The position numbers were made by a program, and so were the translations under genes. Under the pieces are notes generated by a model that saw only the letters and a program-made list of their open reading frames with translations, ran no database searches and was not told the DNA's origin. DNA of 64,000 nt from Eledone cirrhosa (taxonomy: Eukaryota), in the NCBI GenBank assembly GCA_964016885.1, contig OZ024745.1, positions 56,234,001 through 56,298,000 of the forward strand, written 5' to 3'. Of the stretch, positions 27,625 through 39,465 are shown in pieces; positions within the stretch are counted from its first letter, which is position 1; every line of letters starts with the position of its first letter.

Positions 27625-28360
27625 TATAAGGAATTTATATCTAGTAACATTTATATACACACAGATGCATATCAATGCTAGCAAATATATAGGTTTTGTC
27701 TTATTAACAATGTGGTTCAATGCATGGGGTTGCAGAACAATAATATGAGAGACGTAAAATAAGAAAATTATAAAATTAACTTACTTACTAAAAAATCACT
27801 TCCAACTAATTAGTTTCTGGAATGGAGTAAATATATTTTCCGAAGAAACTTATAGAAAATCATTCCGTCATCAGGAAAGTCTTTTTCCGTATAGGTCTCC
27901 AGGCATAGCGAGGACACTGGAAACTTATTAAAAAAATAATTCAGTGGAATGGAAATAGCGATGCGTGGACTGGATTCCAAGCCATTGAGAAAATCTCTGC
28001 CTCCACGTCCGTGGCAAATTCAAAAAGAATCAATCACGTGACATCGAGGTCAATCAGTGGAAAGCGAGTGGTTATTAAGACAGCTTACTACCATAGTAGC
28101 AGTCATGGCCAAATATTGCTCGACAAATGAATTGGAGATAATTATAAGGAATTTATATCTAGTAACATTTATATACACACAGATGCATATCAATGCTAGC
28201 AAATATATAGGTTTTGTCTTATTAACAATGTGGTTCAATGCATGGGGTTGCAGAACAATAATATGAGAGACGTAAAATAAGAAAATTATAAAATTAACTT
28301 ACTTACTAAAAAATCACTTCCAACTAATTAGTTTCTGGAATGGAGTAAATATATTTTCCG
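27625..28360 (-). mobile_element. Retrozyme-like element, second locus (518-bp period)
   Basis: 27627-27842 is repeated at 28145-28360. Homologous to 10471-11202 but with end points shifted by about 120 bp. Confidence 0.8.
27798..27880 (-). ncRNA. Type I hammerhead ribozyme
   Basis: ACUUUC-CUGAUGA-CGGAAUG...CAUUCCA-GAAA-CUAAUUAG-UU-GGAAGU. Confidence 0.8.
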
Positions 28361-28376
28361 CATTGTATATTTGCTA

Positions 28377-28453
<77 letters not shown>

Positions 28454-28464
28454 CATAACGGCGA

Positions 28465-28699
28465 TGAGTTTGTATGGCGAGGTTTTTTTATTTGAAATCG
28501 TGTGTCGAAACAAATATTGTTATACTTGGGGAGGGTCATATTGTTGTAATAATATTGCCAGAAATAATAACAGAATCACTCACTGTTTGGTTGGTTTTCG
28601 CTTCTGCATCTTTTATATCTCTACAGTTAATTTATTTGGTCCGCAATGTTTATCATTGACTGATCAACGGTCAAAAATACAGATATAATATAGATATAA

Positions 28700-28734
<35 letters not shown>

Positions 28735-29352
28735 GTCTAACAAAGTTCTTTCGTTGCACATCTGCAACATCATGAGTGGTACTATTATGTTCCTCCTGTT
28801 GTATGTCTACCCCCTTTTTCATTTTATCTGTTTATTTTCTTTTTTTGTCTTCTTCACTGCGCATGCGTTTCCGTGTGTGTATAGTGTTTGGTGTGTGTTC
28901 GCGTTTGGGTGACTGTGTTTTGGTTATTGTATTCTATCTTAGTTTACTAGTGTGTGTTTATAAGTGTTTGTTGTTAATGTGCTTGTGTATATATTTATAT
29001 CTATATTATATCTGTATTTTTGACCGTTGGTCAGTTAATGATAAACATTGCGGACCAAATGAATTAACTGTGGAGATATAAAAGATACAGAAGCGAAAAC
29101 CAACCAAACAGTGAGTGTGTTCTGTTATTATTTCTGGCAATATGGCAGTATCGGTAGAGAGTCAGACGCCATGCTTTGACGCATAGTTACGGCCCTTGCC
29201 ATCCTGAGTTCAAATCCCGCCGAGGTTAACTTTGCCTTTCATCCTTACGGGGTTGATAAAATAAAGTACCAGTAATGCACTGGGTAATTGCTGGCCCTCT
29301 GCCAAAAGTAGAAACAGTTATTACAACAATATGACCCTCCCCAAGTATAACA

Positions 29353-29355
<3 letters not shown>
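28465..29355. repeat. Inverted-repeat element (arms ~28516-28700 and ~28990-29355) with a left tail and a SINE in the right arm
   Basis: Arms are reverse-complementary once 29143-29317 is removed. Confidence 0.85.
29143..29317 (+). mobile_element. tRNA-derived SINE, family A (short variant)
   Basis: Head, B-box and core present. Lacks the ~40-bp GTCGATTT..CCCCTC segment of the long variant. Confidence 0.88.
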
Positions 29356-29409
<54 letters not shown>

Positions 29410-29525
29410 TAACAGATTAAAGTTTAAACAAAGAATCGGTGGTTTCATCCTTAACGGGATCTTCTGAAACTAACAAAGTCAATCTCGGAACGCAGAAGTG
29501 AATATTTCAAAAAACGTTGCAACCG

Positions 29526-30046
29526 TATAGTAAAATGTTTAATAGAGTTACTATTAAAATTTCTTACTCTACTACTCCTAACCTTGCACATAACATCACA
29601 GCTTCAAATTTAGCTAAACTACCTAGCCGTAGGAACACGTGCAACCTTGTAGTTAGTACTAACTGTAATTGTAGGAATCGGGTTGACTGCCCCTATCCGG
29701 GAAATGCCTCTCTAGTAACATTGTCTACAAATGTAAGGTTGAAACACCCATGTCCCGTAGAGCCTATATAGGGTTAACCGCCAATAGATTCAAGCAGCGT
29801 CTTTACATGCATACCCATTCTTTTCTTTACCCTTTAAGAAGGAATATGACGTCACTTTCAGCTTATATCTGGAGTCTAAAAGACAACCACACCCAATATA
29901 AGTTACACTGGGAGATCCTAGCTAGGGCTAGATCGTACAACGGAAATAAAAGACCATATGACCTCTGCGCCGCTGAGGCCCTGGCAATACTCTACGCCAA
30001 AGACCACATCTTAAACAAAAAATCTGAGGCAATTTCGGCTTGTTAA
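29526..30046 (+). pseudogene. Penelope GIY-YIG endonuclease C-terminal fragment, frameshifted
   Basis: ORFs 29517..29771 and 29750..30046 are homologous to 6277..6828. Confidence 0.85.
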
Positions 30047-30506
30047 CATAAACTGCACAAAACTTTCCTGTATTACAGCCCCACATTATACCCTAACGAA
30101 TAGTACGAACTATACGCGGATATTTTACGTCTTGATGTGGTAGCTAAGTATATGTTATGTTTATACCATTACTTATTTGTATAGGTAAGTATATATTACC
30201 TGTATGTTTTGTGAAGGTACGTATACTTTCTCGTGCGTATATTTGATTGTATATGTTATGGCGTATATATTATTTTTTCTGGTACATATGATTTTGGTTA
30301 TGTGTATACGTGTGTTTTGCGTCTGTGTGAGTATGCGGGTTCGTACGTATGTAGGGTGTGTGTATATGTGTACTTCGTGTTTTGGTTGACGTATGTCTCC
30401 GAACATATGTGTATTTACATGTAGGTATGTTTGTGCGCTTGTTATATTCGTATTTATTTATTTATATACGTTTATTTAATGATATGTATACACGCACACA
30501 CACATA

Positions 30507-30539
<33 letters not shown>

Positions 30540-31159
30540 TTTTATGTGTATTTGGTGTATACATTCGTATGCATGCGGGTACAGGCGTTCCGTGGGTTCT
30601 GTAAGTGCGCGCGGTTTGTTTGTTTGTTGTTTTTGTTTTTTTGTTCTTTGTATACGTGCGTGTATTTGTATACCTATGGCGAGTGTTTTCGCGTATGCTT
30701 GTGTATGTAGGTATATGGATCGTGTATGTATTTATTTAATTTCATTTACCTTTGTATTTTATTTACTTTATTCTTAACTCTGAAGCCGAGAATCTAACCT
30801 AGCTAGAATTTTAGTCTACGACTTAAGTTATACCATTTACGTGGTTTTGTCTTTGCGTGCAATTGTTCTCCCCGATCTACATAATGACGTATAATCTTCG
30901 TTTTTCCGTTCATTGCCAGAGAACGTCTCTATGAACCACCTAATAGAATATTAGTCTACGACTTCTTTTATGCCATAAACGTGGTTTTGTCTTTGCGTGA
31001 AATTGTTTTTCACCGCTCCAAATAATGACGTATTATATTCGTTTTTTCCCGTTCTTTGCCAGGGAACGTTTCCACGAACCAAAGTATCGTCTTCCTGTCT
31101 TCCTCCGGTTGCAACGTTTTTTGAAATATTCACTTCTGCGTTTACAGATTGACTTTGTT

Positions 31160-31210
31160 AGTTTCAGAAGATCCCGTTAAGGGTGAAAGCAGGGATTTTT
31201 GGCTTAAACT
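31160..31210 (+). ncRNA. Hammerhead-like motif with variant core CAGAAGA
   Basis: AGUUU-CAGAAGA-UCCCGUUAAGGGU-GAAA-GC...GC-UU-AAACU. Copies on the minus strand at 29421-29471 and 10340-10390. Confidence 0.55.
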
Positions 31211-31307
31211 TTAATCTGTTATTTTAATAAATATTTGCTCTACGGTTCTTATATATTTGATATATATTTATCCTTAACGAGCCCTCTTTGGATTTTAGTC
31301 TTCAAAT

Positions 31308-31372
<65 letters not shown>

Positions 31373-31468
31373 AATATATATCTATACACGCACATATATA
31401 TATATATATATACACACATATATATGCATATATATATATATATATACACATATATATATATGTGTGTG

Positions 31469-31540
<72 letters not shown>

Positions 31541-31588
31541 AATATATACACACATATATATATTTATATATATATTTACACACACACA

Positions 31589-31643
<55 letters not shown>

Positions 31644-31821
31644 GGGGGTATCTTTCATTTTTCAGATGTGTTGGTGCAAGAATGTTAAATGAAAGCAATG
31701 TGCAGCTTCACAGGGACGCATACGCCAGCATGCACATGTGTCCATACAACACTTACCGATCTAACTCTTATTCTTCTTCCCCCTCGCTCCCCCTCCGTCC
31801 CCCACTCTCTTTCTATCTTTT

Positions 31822-31822
<1 letters not shown>

Positions 31823-31910
<88 letters not shown>
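31823..31910. repeat. (GATA)n microsatellite without a Tx1 insertion
   Basis: Directly visible. Confidence 0.95.
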
Positions 31911-34135
31911 CAAATAAGCAACAAAACTTATGAAATAAAAATGAGATTAAATAAGAACGTGGCAAATAATGAGAGAGCCAGAGAGAGCATATGTAAAACA
32001 GTGAAGGTGGGGCTAGATATATACAAATTTTATCAGTAACAAAAAGAAAAAGGGGGAGACATTTGAAAAAATATAAAAACCTGAAGGAGAGGTGCTAACA
32101 AAAAATGTTCTCAACCTGAACTATTTCACCAAATATTTATTGCCACAAGTTGTTACATTGTTTTCCTTTGGTATTTCAAGAGTAAGTGATTTAGGAAAAA
32201 AAAAAAAGAATCTAAAAGTAAATTTTAATAAAATTAGAGTGACAAGCTGTCGAAACTTTGGTTGTAATATTGGTTTCTAGAAGTCACTTTTGAAAAAAAT
32301 GTCACATCGAATTTGTTAATATATTGGATTTCAAAATTATGTATGAAAAGAGATCGACAGATGTGTGCACACCCATCGATATACGTACAAAGTATGTATA
32401 AATGTTTATGTATGAACGTGTATCTGAAAGTGGTGTATATATGTATGTATTTACAAATGAGTATATATATGTGTGAATATGTTCGTTTGTAGGCATCTGT
32501 ATATATATATACGTTCATTTGTATAGACTTACGTATACTCTTACAAACAACCATACACATATTTATATATATATATACATATTTATATATATACACACAC
32601 ATATTTTTTATAGTTCTAATGGATTCACTCAGTGGACTGGTTTTTTCACCTCATCCAATGGATTTAATCAATCATAACATGCTTATTTGTGTAAGACTGG
32701 TACTTATACTATTGATTTACATGGTATACACAAATATTACACGTCAACACTGCGAGACTGAACACAGAAACACATGGTTACAATGCAAATTCTTTTAGCC
32801 ACATACATTTTTGTGACTATATATGTGAGTGTGTGTGTTTTAATATTTTTGTGTATGTGTGCCGTGTCATTGTATGTGTGTATGCATATACTAGACTATA
32901 TTGTAATGGAACATTTAACATATAAACAGATGTCATTTACCGTTACATACTCAAATAAATCGAAATAATACCTCGTATAATACTGTAGTTCTTCTGTTCA
33001 CAATAATTTATTCTATCAGTGATCTACCATCTGGACGTAGTTGCCTCTCATTCGATCCCGGCGATATTGACGCTTTGTTTTCTTTTTCATGTGCTACATT
33101 CTTTTGCGTCGGTATGTCAACATTGCCGATTTTGAATGCTTTTAGCCACATGAACATTTCCGGTCTAAAACAACCGTTGTCTTAATACAAAGACTTCTTC
33201 TGCATCTTTCTTGTGCATTGACATTCTTTAATGGAAGACGAATTCTTTCTCCTGTAGTTGCATTTCGCTACGTTTTACTAAGATATTACGCTTTTCTATT
33301 TCCACATCTTTCTATCTGTGGTATCTATGTAGTCTGCTCAGGTGTGTATGGTTGTGGCTGTGTGTACCTTCGTTTGCTGCATAATCAAGATGTCCCCAGA
33401 CGTGTGTGACAGAATAGAGGAACTCAGCAGAATCTAAAAAGGCATTCAAACCCACAACCTAAAAAACTGCATAATAAGCAGCATGGGTGTAGTATTCGTG
33501 TACCCATCCATCGACGTTAATTTTGCTGTGGTGAAATGCGTGGAAATGATAAGTGAGAGTGATGTGGAATTCAAAGGAGGTGACACTGAGAGTGTGGGTT
33601 TGTGTGTCTGCGTGTGTGTAAAGGGAAAGGGATGTATAATGTTATCTCAACCCTTTTATATGAGATGCATTTTATCTTTTTTTTTCTTTTATTTTAATCA
33701 GTATGATGTGGTATATACATTAATATTTCTGAAAATCTAGTTGGCATTTATATTCTTGGAACTAGTGAAACGGGCGTAAAAGGAATAAATGCATTTAATC
33801 CACAGTTATCTTTGGTTCAATTTTATTTAAGTAACTAATGGTGTGTAACGTTACAATCATTGAATTTATTGGACTTTACTTTGTGGATTATTTGCTCATT
33901 TTTATTACTGGTTATATTAACACATTGAGCTTTAAATCTTCTCGTTATATCATAATAAATGTTTATATCCCGACTTATCAAACATGCATTAATACAGGGA
34001 CAGGCCGTCGATGAAACAACACCATGCGTTCGGCCGGCCCTCTGTATCACGAAAAGAAAATTTCTTTTCGGTGAAATTATTGGATTTTTCCAAAGTTTAA
34101 AGGTTTCTTGGGAACTTTCAATGTTTATTTTAGGG

Positions 34136-34200
34136 TTCGCCCTCTGAAGAACTCAGGCTATCATAACTGATAGTCCTCAGTGAAATATATAGAAGGGAGT
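34136..34200 (+). ncRNA. Hammerhead-like motif (poor stem I)
   Basis: CUGAAGA-ACUCAGGCUAUCA/UGAUAGUCCUCAGU-GAAA-UAUA-UA. A related fragment lies at ~17207-17232. Confidence 0.5.
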
Positions 34201-34499
34201 TTTAAATAAACCTGAATCAGCTGAATATGGCCTCCGGTCTTTTATAAATATATAATACTCTAAGTTGCACCAATTATACAGGTCGTTGAGCACTTCTTTT
34301 TATCTGCTTCGCCGACAGACCTTAATATGGTCTGCACATCTCTGTTTGGTTAACGTCATACTCTTCTAATATGTATATATATATGTATATATATAAGTAG
34401 AGATGAATGTATGTCTACCTGAATATGGACAATACTCAAATAATGCTTTAGGGTCTTTCTCTTCCACTCTCCCTCTTTAGACAGATAGATAGATAGATA

Positions 34500-35389
34500 T
34501 GTTTCTTTTATTTGCCACTAGGGCATCAAAAGTGGGACAAGTACAAAGGGGGGAGTTTACACAAAAAGGCGTCCTCAATAAGGAGGAGGCAATAACAAAA
34601 TATAAAAATAAAATAAGATATAACAAAAAATAAAATTTATAACAAAATCCTCAATAGAGAGGAGGCGCCTTGGGGGGTCGCACACACCCCCGAAAAAAGT
34701 GTGCAACCCTTTTCCTCAGGAGCACAGAGAGGAGGTGCTCCCTCGTTCCTTCCTCTTTTCCACCTACAGGCTTATGTAAAGAGAAGGCCCATTCACACGG
34801 GCCATTCTCGCCACTTTCACCCACCTTTCATAAAAACGACTGGGGTGCAACACCTCTCTCTCCATCCTGATCCTTCTTCCGAAATGATATCGGAAGAAAC
34901 GGACCAGTTGTTGGCCAGAGAGAAAGGTGCCTGACCTCAGTCCTTTCAGACGCGTCCACCATACAACCTCTTTCGCCATGGCTATTACGCACAGAAACAC
35001 CGCCTCTGCTTCATCTTTGAAGGGGGGAGGCGGCTTGATCATTACAATAGACTCGGTGGTCAACCGGATCGGTCCCACCCTTGACAGCAGTTGTTCGACA
35101 TAGCCCCACAGATCGGCTACGCCCGAGTAGTGTACCAATGCGTGTGCAACGGTTTCCTCGTCGCACACGCATCTGGGACAGATCTTTTTGGCGGGGTCCC
35201 TACCCGGGCGCCCGTGTCTGTAGAGCCTTTCTCGAACGGGTAAAGCTCCTCGGTAGCACTGCCAGGCCAGGGACTTCTGGAAGTTGTCCATAGGTCCCGG
35301 GCTGAATGTCCTACCGAACAGGCCGGCCAGTTCGTCCTCCTCCATGTCTAGGGCTTCTCCGAGGGCGTCGTCGCACCTGCTGCGTACCA
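34500..35389 (-). mobile_element. 5'-truncated Tx1-clade LINE flanked by (GATA)n
   Basis: ORF 34764..35345 is highly similar to the C-terminus (CPRC..ETVAH zinc-binding motif) of ORF 54744..56672. Confidence 0.92.
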
Positions 35390-35618
35390 GATAGATAGAT
35401 AGATAGATAACTAAATTCGATATTACAATGAAGACATAACACGGAGAAAATTTTATTTTTGCCTGCGTTTCTTCGTATTATATCTTGTTGTATTGTTGAA
35501 TTTACTATTATATAAACACTCGTTCCATGGACTGTCTGCACTACACCTTGGATATCTTTACCTAACCATTACTACACATACACTTACATGCACACACACA
35601 TCGCGCGCGCACGCGCAC

Positions 35619-35650
<32 letters not shown>

Positions 35651-36001
35651 GAGTGAAAGAGAGAGAGAGTTTACATAACTTGTTATTACAACCATATAAA
35701 TGCAAAGAATATTTCAAAGCTCGATGTGATTTTATAGTAACAGCAAGATAGATAAGAGACAGATCAAAGTTTAATCCAATCGGCAAATTTCCAATCATAG
35801 TAATTTTACAATATCACAGAGCATATTGATAAATGAATTTTAAAAAATAACCGGAATTTAAATTAAATTTTTTAATTGATTGGCGAACGATTCGATTAAA
35901 ATAATATTCCTGTTATTTTAATCGAAACATCGATCAATCAATTAAATGATTTAATTTACATTTAATTTAAGTGCTGGTTACTTTTTATTTATGTGTGTGT
36001 G

Positions 36002-36043
<42 letters not shown>

Positions 36044-37074
36044 GGGGAAAGAGAACTATAAGCTTAATGTGAGCACTTTCAGTGATCTATTACAAGAGTT
36101 CCCAATCTCTGTGTGTCATCACCGACGTTCACATTGAAAATGCTTTCCACCGCCTTCCTGCATATTAAATATTCCAAAGAATAGAAAAATATTTCGTAAA
36201 CGTTTGTTACTTGTTCGAAAACTGACTTTTTATAATGTAGTAAAAAATACCAAAATGATGTAAAAAATTACGCTAAGTTATGCGGCGGCTACTGCTAGTA
36301 CAGTATTAAAAAACAAATGAGAGCAAAGTTGACCATTTAAAGCCGTATTTGGTTAAATTTAACTATAAAAGAATATTATTTGGTTTCATGGTCAAAGTTA
36401 GTTTTATGGTTAGGAGTAGCGAATATGTCACTAAGGAAAAACATCAGATGTTGAAGAAATAAGAGAAGTGAATAGTGGATGGTTTGAAAAAATATATATA
36501 TTTATCAAACATTTCAACAAAATAGACAACACAGTTGCCTTTTGTCAATCATTGTACTTTAGTTTGGTACTGAAGTGTCACATAGTGTGCATCATTATCT
36601 GAGCAGAGTTGGGGGAAAATTCGTTAAGACATAGAATTCAATTTTAGCTTGTTCACAGTTTTATAACTAACTGCAGTACATCACTAATCTTGCTGTCGAC
36701 ATTTTTTGCCAATAAATGCTGCTAGTGAGTCGTACAATATACAGTTAAAAAATGATGCAAAATTTCAATGTTTAAGTGTGAAGAGAAACTTCTGTACCTA
36801 CCTATCATAGCAGTTACTCGAACAGATCTAGAGTCAAAAGTATTGTTTAATGGGATAGTATGCTCATCCGTTTGCAATACTCCACAAATTCGAGAACACA
36901 AAAGAGTTGCAATGACTTGGCTATCCATATTTTTTGCGTATATCCATTAAATGTTTTTTCGGGTAGCACATTTTGAAATGTTTTCTTGATACGCAAAACA
37001 CTAAATCGCCCACTGGTGGCTGATATCGATGTTCCATCCAGGTTTAGACTACATAGATAAATATATACATACAT

Positions 37075-37642
37075 GTATATGTAAAGTTATATTTAAAATT
37101 GTTGGGTTACAACTAGTAAATATTTATAACTGATATAAAAGCACTCGACAAATACTTGGAGTATATTTACAATATTAAATAAATGGAAAACTATATTTAT
37201 AAAACCATATTTATTTCATCATATATATTTCGGGGATATCATATTAACAATATGCTATGCCTTCATCAGACAAAATACAATATAAACAGTTTTATAGATA
37301 AATATATTCGACATACCGTAATAAACATCAACTTCATTTGAAGAGGTTCACTCTAGCAGTGAAAATACAGAGAGAAAGAAAGAGAGAGAGAAAAGAGGGA
37401 AATAAGAAAGAAAGAAAGACAAAACGAAGAAAAGGAAGAAAAAGAAGAAAAAGAAGAAATGCATGGGACAAAATAGAGAGATGGAAAAATAGATAAAGCG
37501 AAGAGCTTCATGTAAAGAGACCGAAAGAGATATATATATATAGAGAGAGAGAGAGGAAATAGAGATAGATACATATATAAATATAGATATAGAAAAATTA
37601 GGTAGTGGGAGGTCATTTTGAGTAAGTGTATCAATGATGCAT

Positions 37643-37677
<35 letters not shown>

Positions 37678-37797
37678 GCTCAAGTATTAATGTAAGGGAG
37701 ATATAGAGAGATATAGAGAGATATAGAGAGAGAAAAATTTTTCTCTCTCTATATCTCTCTATATCTCTCTATATCTCCCTTACATTAATACTTGAGC

Positions 37798-37832
<35 letters not shown>

Positions 37833-38307
37833 ATGCATCATTGATACACTTACTCAAAATGACCTCCCACTACCTAATTTTTCTATATCTATATTTATAT
37901 ATGTATCTATCTCTATTTCCTCTCTCTCTCTCTATATATATATATCTCTTTCGGTCTCTTTACATGAAGCTCTTCGCTTTATCTATTTTTCCATCTCTCT
38001 ATTTTGTCCCATGCATTTCTTCTTTTTCTTCTTTTTCTTCCTTTTCTTCGTTTTGTCTTTCTTTCTTTCTTATTTCCCTTTTTTTCTCTCTCTCTTTCTT
38101 TCTCTCTGTATTTTCACTGCTAGAGTGAACCTCTTCAAATGAAGTTGATGTTTATTACGGTATGTCGAATATATTTATCTATAAAACTGTTTATATTGTA
38201 TTTTGTCTGATGAAGGCATAGCATATTGTTAATATGATATCCCCGAAATATATATAATGAAATAAATATGGTTTTATAAATATAGTTTTCCATTTATTTA
38301 ATATTGT

Positions 38308-38308
<1 letters not shown>
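37075..38308. repeat. 1.14-kb spacerless palindrome (37168-38308, centre 37737/37738) with a left tail and a hammerhead in each arm
   Basis: Mirror ORFs 37353..37634(-) and 37841..38128(+) are near identical. Arms are about 570 bp. Confidence 0.93.
38199..38264 (+). ncRNA. Type I hammerhead ribozyme (mirror copy at 37212-37277, minus strand)
   Basis: UAUUUUGU-CUGAUGA-stem II (CAUAUU/AAUAUG)-GAAA-UAUAUA-UA-AUGAAAUA. Confidence 0.75.
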
Positions 38309-38385
<77 letters not shown>

Positions 38386-38393
<8 letters not shown>

Positions 38394-38823
38394 AGATCAA
38401 AAGATGGTTAAAGGAGTTCCATGTATTTTATTATGCGCATTTCAAAAACAAACATCATCATGCAATAATATTTGTGTTTTCATCAGATAAAACAGGAGAA
38501 CATGATATGAAGGCTAAAAAACACTTGTGGATAGTGCAGTTTTAAATCAACAATAAAATTGCAGTTTTAAATCAACAATAAAACTGCACTATCAACAAGT
38601 GTTTTTTAGCCTTCATATCATGTTCTCCTGTTTTATCTGATGAAAACACAAATATTATTGCATGATGATGTTTGTTTTTGAAATGCGCATAATAAAATAC
38701 ATGGAACTCCTTTAACCATCTTTTGATCTTATATTATGTATACTCCAGTCCTACAAACTGTAGAGTGCTTCTTATCCGATATCTGCATTGCTTTATTGTA
38801 CTACAATAAAACTCACCTCCTAC

Positions 38824-38827
<4 letters not shown>
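38386..38827. repeat. About 350-bp palindrome (38386-38737) with a right tail and a hammerhead in each arm
   Basis: Arms are reverse-complementary. The centre holds a 25-bp tandem duplication. Flanked by (TA)n on both sides. Confidence 0.92.
38629..38699 (+). ncRNA. Type I hammerhead ribozyme (mirror copy at 38424-38494, minus strand)
   Basis: UGUUUUAU-CUGAUGA-long stem II (ACAAAUAUUAU/AUGAUGUUUGU)-GAAA-UGCGCA-UA-AUAAAAUA. Confidence 0.82.
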
Positions 38828-38880
<53 letters not shown>

Positions 38881-38890
38881 TACAGTTATT

Positions 38891-39176
38891 TGAAAAAAGG
38901 AAAATAATGACTTCACTTGTAGTTAGTTCTAAATAATTTAATTTTTATAATATTATAATTTTACAATTTGGTTCTGTAAGTGCTATGTTAACTTCGGTGG
39001 GGGGATTTTTTTAAGGTTCTTGGTTGACTTTCCTGGAAAACTTTCTCGCATTCATCGGTGACGATAAAATCTCCCCACCGAAGTTAACAAAGAACTTACT
39101 AATCCTACAAAACTAAAATTATAATATCATAAAAATGATATTGTTTAGAACTACAAGTGAAGTTATTCTTTTCCTT

Positions 39177-39180
<4 letters not shown>
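38891..39180. repeat. Diverged inverted repeat in a (TA)n tract
   Basis: GAAAAAAGGAAAA..ACTTCACTTGTAGT..GTTAACTTCGGTGGGG pairs with CCCCACCGAAGTTAAC..ACTACAAGTGAAGT..TTTTCCTTTTTC. Confidence 0.75.
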
Positions 39181-39230
<50 letters not shown>

Positions 39231-39421
39231 CCTGAGTCTGTTTTCTCGTTGCTTTGGTGCCTGCGGTTGGCTTACCAGTCGCTGTCTTCAATTTGCAAAG
39301 CTGTCTAAACGTAATGTTATAACTCTAAGGTAAAATACCTTATTGAGTGTTTAGCTGCACATTCCGATTGCATTCGTTAGCTTAGCTGCAGCCAGAGCTT
39401 CGATTATGCTGTACTTCCATT

Positions 39422-39465
<44 letters not shown>

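Larger units (their letters stand above)
29402..31320 (+). mobile_element. 5'-truncated Penelope-like element: inverted 3'-end copy, GIY-YIG remnant, 3' UTR and tail
   Basis: TIKISYSTTPN, CNCRNRVDCP, YIGLTANRFKQR and LCAAEALAI..LNKKSE. 29402-29525 is the reverse complement of 31106-31229. Confidence 0.88.

Noticed and set aside
37168-38308. Palindromes as pure assembly or amplification artefacts
   Set aside because: Several have diverged arms, one has an arm-specific SINE insertion, and boundaries recur at a shared motif. An artefact is still not fully excluded for this near-perfect one.
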